From Lama guanicoe (lineage: Eukaryota): a stretch of DNA of 64,000 bases. How positions within the stretch are numbered: the first letter of the stretch is position 1; each line of letters begins with the position of its first letter. Positions 62,060 through 64,000 of the stretch are shown here, in pieces. The notes below the pieces were generated by a model, which was not told the origin of the DNA, searched no databases, and was given only the letters and a program-made list of their open reading frames with translations. Location: assembly GCA_013239625.1 (NCBI GenBank), contig MU056905.1:19201009-19265008 (forward strand), written 5' to 3'. The translations under genes were made by a program, and so were the position numbers.

Positions 62060-62077
62060 ATCTCAGTGGGATCTCCA
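62060..62077 (-). promoter_or_regulatory. Retroviral primer binding site, tRNA-Gln
   Basis: Reverse complement TGGAGATCCCACTGAGAT versus Gln PBS TGGAGGTCCCACCGAGAT (16/18), 4 nt downstream of the LTR end. Confidence 0.75.
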
Positions 62078-62081
62078 AATC

Positions 62082-62352
62082 TGTCAAAAGCTTGGCTCTC
62101 CACGTATCACCAAAGCAACATCTTGATACATCAAAGCTGCTTACTGCTTACTGCATTAAGAGAGCACCACCTCTCAAAGCTTTGGCAGAGTCTCAAAGAA
62201 GGAAAGACAGGGTCTGAATTTATTGAGATTTGAATGTTTGATTCAAGGCAAGTCTTTCAAATGCTCAGACAGGTAAAACTCGTGAGACAACAGTCCAGGA
62301 ATGGTGGAAGCAGCAAGGTGAAGATTTAAAGGCAAGGGGTTCAAGGAATCTT
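62082..62352 (-). mobile_element. 5' LTR (U3 truncated) of ancient ERV1 provirus
   Basis: Colinear with 57347-57612; 62093-62139 versus 57357-57403 gives 34/47 identities ungapped; ends in ...TGACA next to the PBS. Confidence 0.75.
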
Positions 62353-62460
62353 AGGATGGCTTTTTACACCCCAACCCCATAGCCCATGTCAAAGTCAAGA
62401 TCTTACTAAGCTGTCTGGCACTCCAAAAACTGGGACTCCCAGGGGGATTCTGACTGGTGC

Positions 62461-63093
62461 CATAGGCCCCCTTATCCACAGTTCTGCTTTCTGTGGTTTC
62501 AGTTACCTGTGTTCCAAAAACATTAAATGGCAAATTCCAGAAATGAATAATTCATAAGTTTTAAATTGGGTGCCATTCTAATGAAATCTCATGCCATCTC
62601 ACTGTCCCACTCAGGATGTGAATCACCCTTTTGTCTAGCATATCCATGCCATATACACCATCTACCCACTAGTCACTTAGTAGAATTTAGGTTATCAGAT
62701 AATTCTTCTGATCCATCAGAAGGTCAGTAGAAGCCTAACACTATGTCACAATAACCATGTCACTCACTTCACTTCATCTCAAACGCAGACAGTGTATAAT
62801 TTTATACCACCACAAGATGAAGGCTGAGTACAGTGCAATAAGATATTTCAAGAGAGAGAGAGAGAAGCTACACTCAGATAACTCTTACACAGTATATTGT
62901 TATAACTGTTCTACTTTATTACTATTCATTCTTGTTAATCTCTCACTGTAACTCATATATGTGAGTTAAATTTTATCATAGGTATGTATGAATAGGAAAA
63001 AACATAGGACGTGTAGGGTTCGGCACTACCTGTGGTTTCAGGAATCCACTGGGGTCTTGGAACATATCCCCTGCAGATAAGGAGGGACTACTA
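62461..63093 (+). mobile_element. MER44 (Tigger7-derived, TcMar)
   Basis: TIRs cccccttatccacag ... ctgcagataaggagggactact; internal ttccagaaatgaataattcataagttttaaattg. Confidence 0.88.
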
Positions 63094-63819
63094 ATTTTCC
63101 AGCCCCATCTTCCTATTAGCACTTCAGGAGCCTTATTGACTGCCATGAAGTATTTTCAAAAACAGCCTATTTTTTCCAGCAAAGAGAATAGTGTGGGGGG
63201 AGTTGGGGGAGATTTCCCAAAGAATTTCAAAAAGCCAAGAATCTATTGTGTGGGGTCATTTAATCTTTGGGTGGTCTCACCCTCCCCACCCAACTTCTGG
63301 CTTTCTGGCCCTAAGTACTCTTGACTTAAGATATCTTGAAGATCACCAGAAACAGAGTCCTGTAGATCATGCATGAAGTCTTATCTTTCCCGGTTATGCT
63401 TTTATTTCAGAGGTCACCCATCCATGGGGCTCCAGGAGGCTCCCGGCATTAATGAATCCCTTGCTGAATTTACAGTAGCGGCTCTCAGCCCACACATTAG
63501 TGCCACTTAGACAGAGATCAAATTTCCTTTTTAAGTGAAAACTTCAATAGCTCACAGATCAGCCAACTGAACACTCTCTCTCTGACTTCCAATGTGAACA
63601 GTAGGGAGTCTCATGAAGCAGCAAATAAAAGCCAAATTCCAACACAATACTTTTCACATTTTAAAATCTGCCCTAAGCTCGTTTGCAAAATAATTTGTTT
63701 GCCTTATGAAGAAATGGGAGGTCTTTGCTCTTAGTTAAACAGAGAATGCTTCTTAGGATAGTCAAGTGTTTGATCAGTTATTTACAATAAAGCAATCATT
63801 TACTAGCTGAGAGCCTCAA

Positions 63820-63945
63820 AGAATCCATTTCTCTGAGTATCAGTTTCTTCATCTATAAAAAGGGAATAAAATACATGGTCTGGCTACCGCCCAGGATTGT
63901 CGTAAAGACCTAAGGAGACAGTAACACACGTGGAAGGACTGTTGG
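63820..63945 (+). mobile_element. MIR
   Basis: ctctgagtatcagtttcttcatctataaaagggaataa...caggattgtcgtaaag. Confidence 0.75.
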
Positions 63946-64000
63946 TGCTGGTGGTTGTGTCTGAGACTCAGGTGAACTACTGTGTTGGTTAAACTTAAAG

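Overview
Mammalian genomic DNA, most likely camelid (alpaca/camel/llama), inferred from a tRNA-Ala-derived Vic-1-type SINE at 50294-50433 and cetartiodactyl-type L1 3' ends. I found no convincing host protein-coding exon, RNA gene or CRISPR array; most ORFs in the track are noise or decayed transposon frames. The window is intergenic or deep-intronic and is filled with L1, L2, MIR, MaLR/ERVL/ERV1 LTRs and hAT/Tigger DNA transposons. The richest structure is an ancient minus-strand ERV1 (gamma-like) provirus at ~57347-62352. It has two diverged LTRs, a tRNA-Gln PBS, gag and env remnants (furin site, ISD, TM anchor) and no recognisable pol. It is split by a MER34-like solo LTR and a younger L1, and removing either insertion restores the reading frame at the junction. 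Also notable: an ERV-L 3' remnant (integrase with internal deletions plus dUTPase), an atypical tail-less L1 fragment flanked by direct repeats, two internally deleted L1s, all 11 recognised L1 pieces on the + strand, and a few candidate regulatory elements. I see no evidence for a new biological system. Repeat family names come from my recall of consensus sequences and need RepeatMasker/Dfam confirmation; boundaries of old repeats are approximate.
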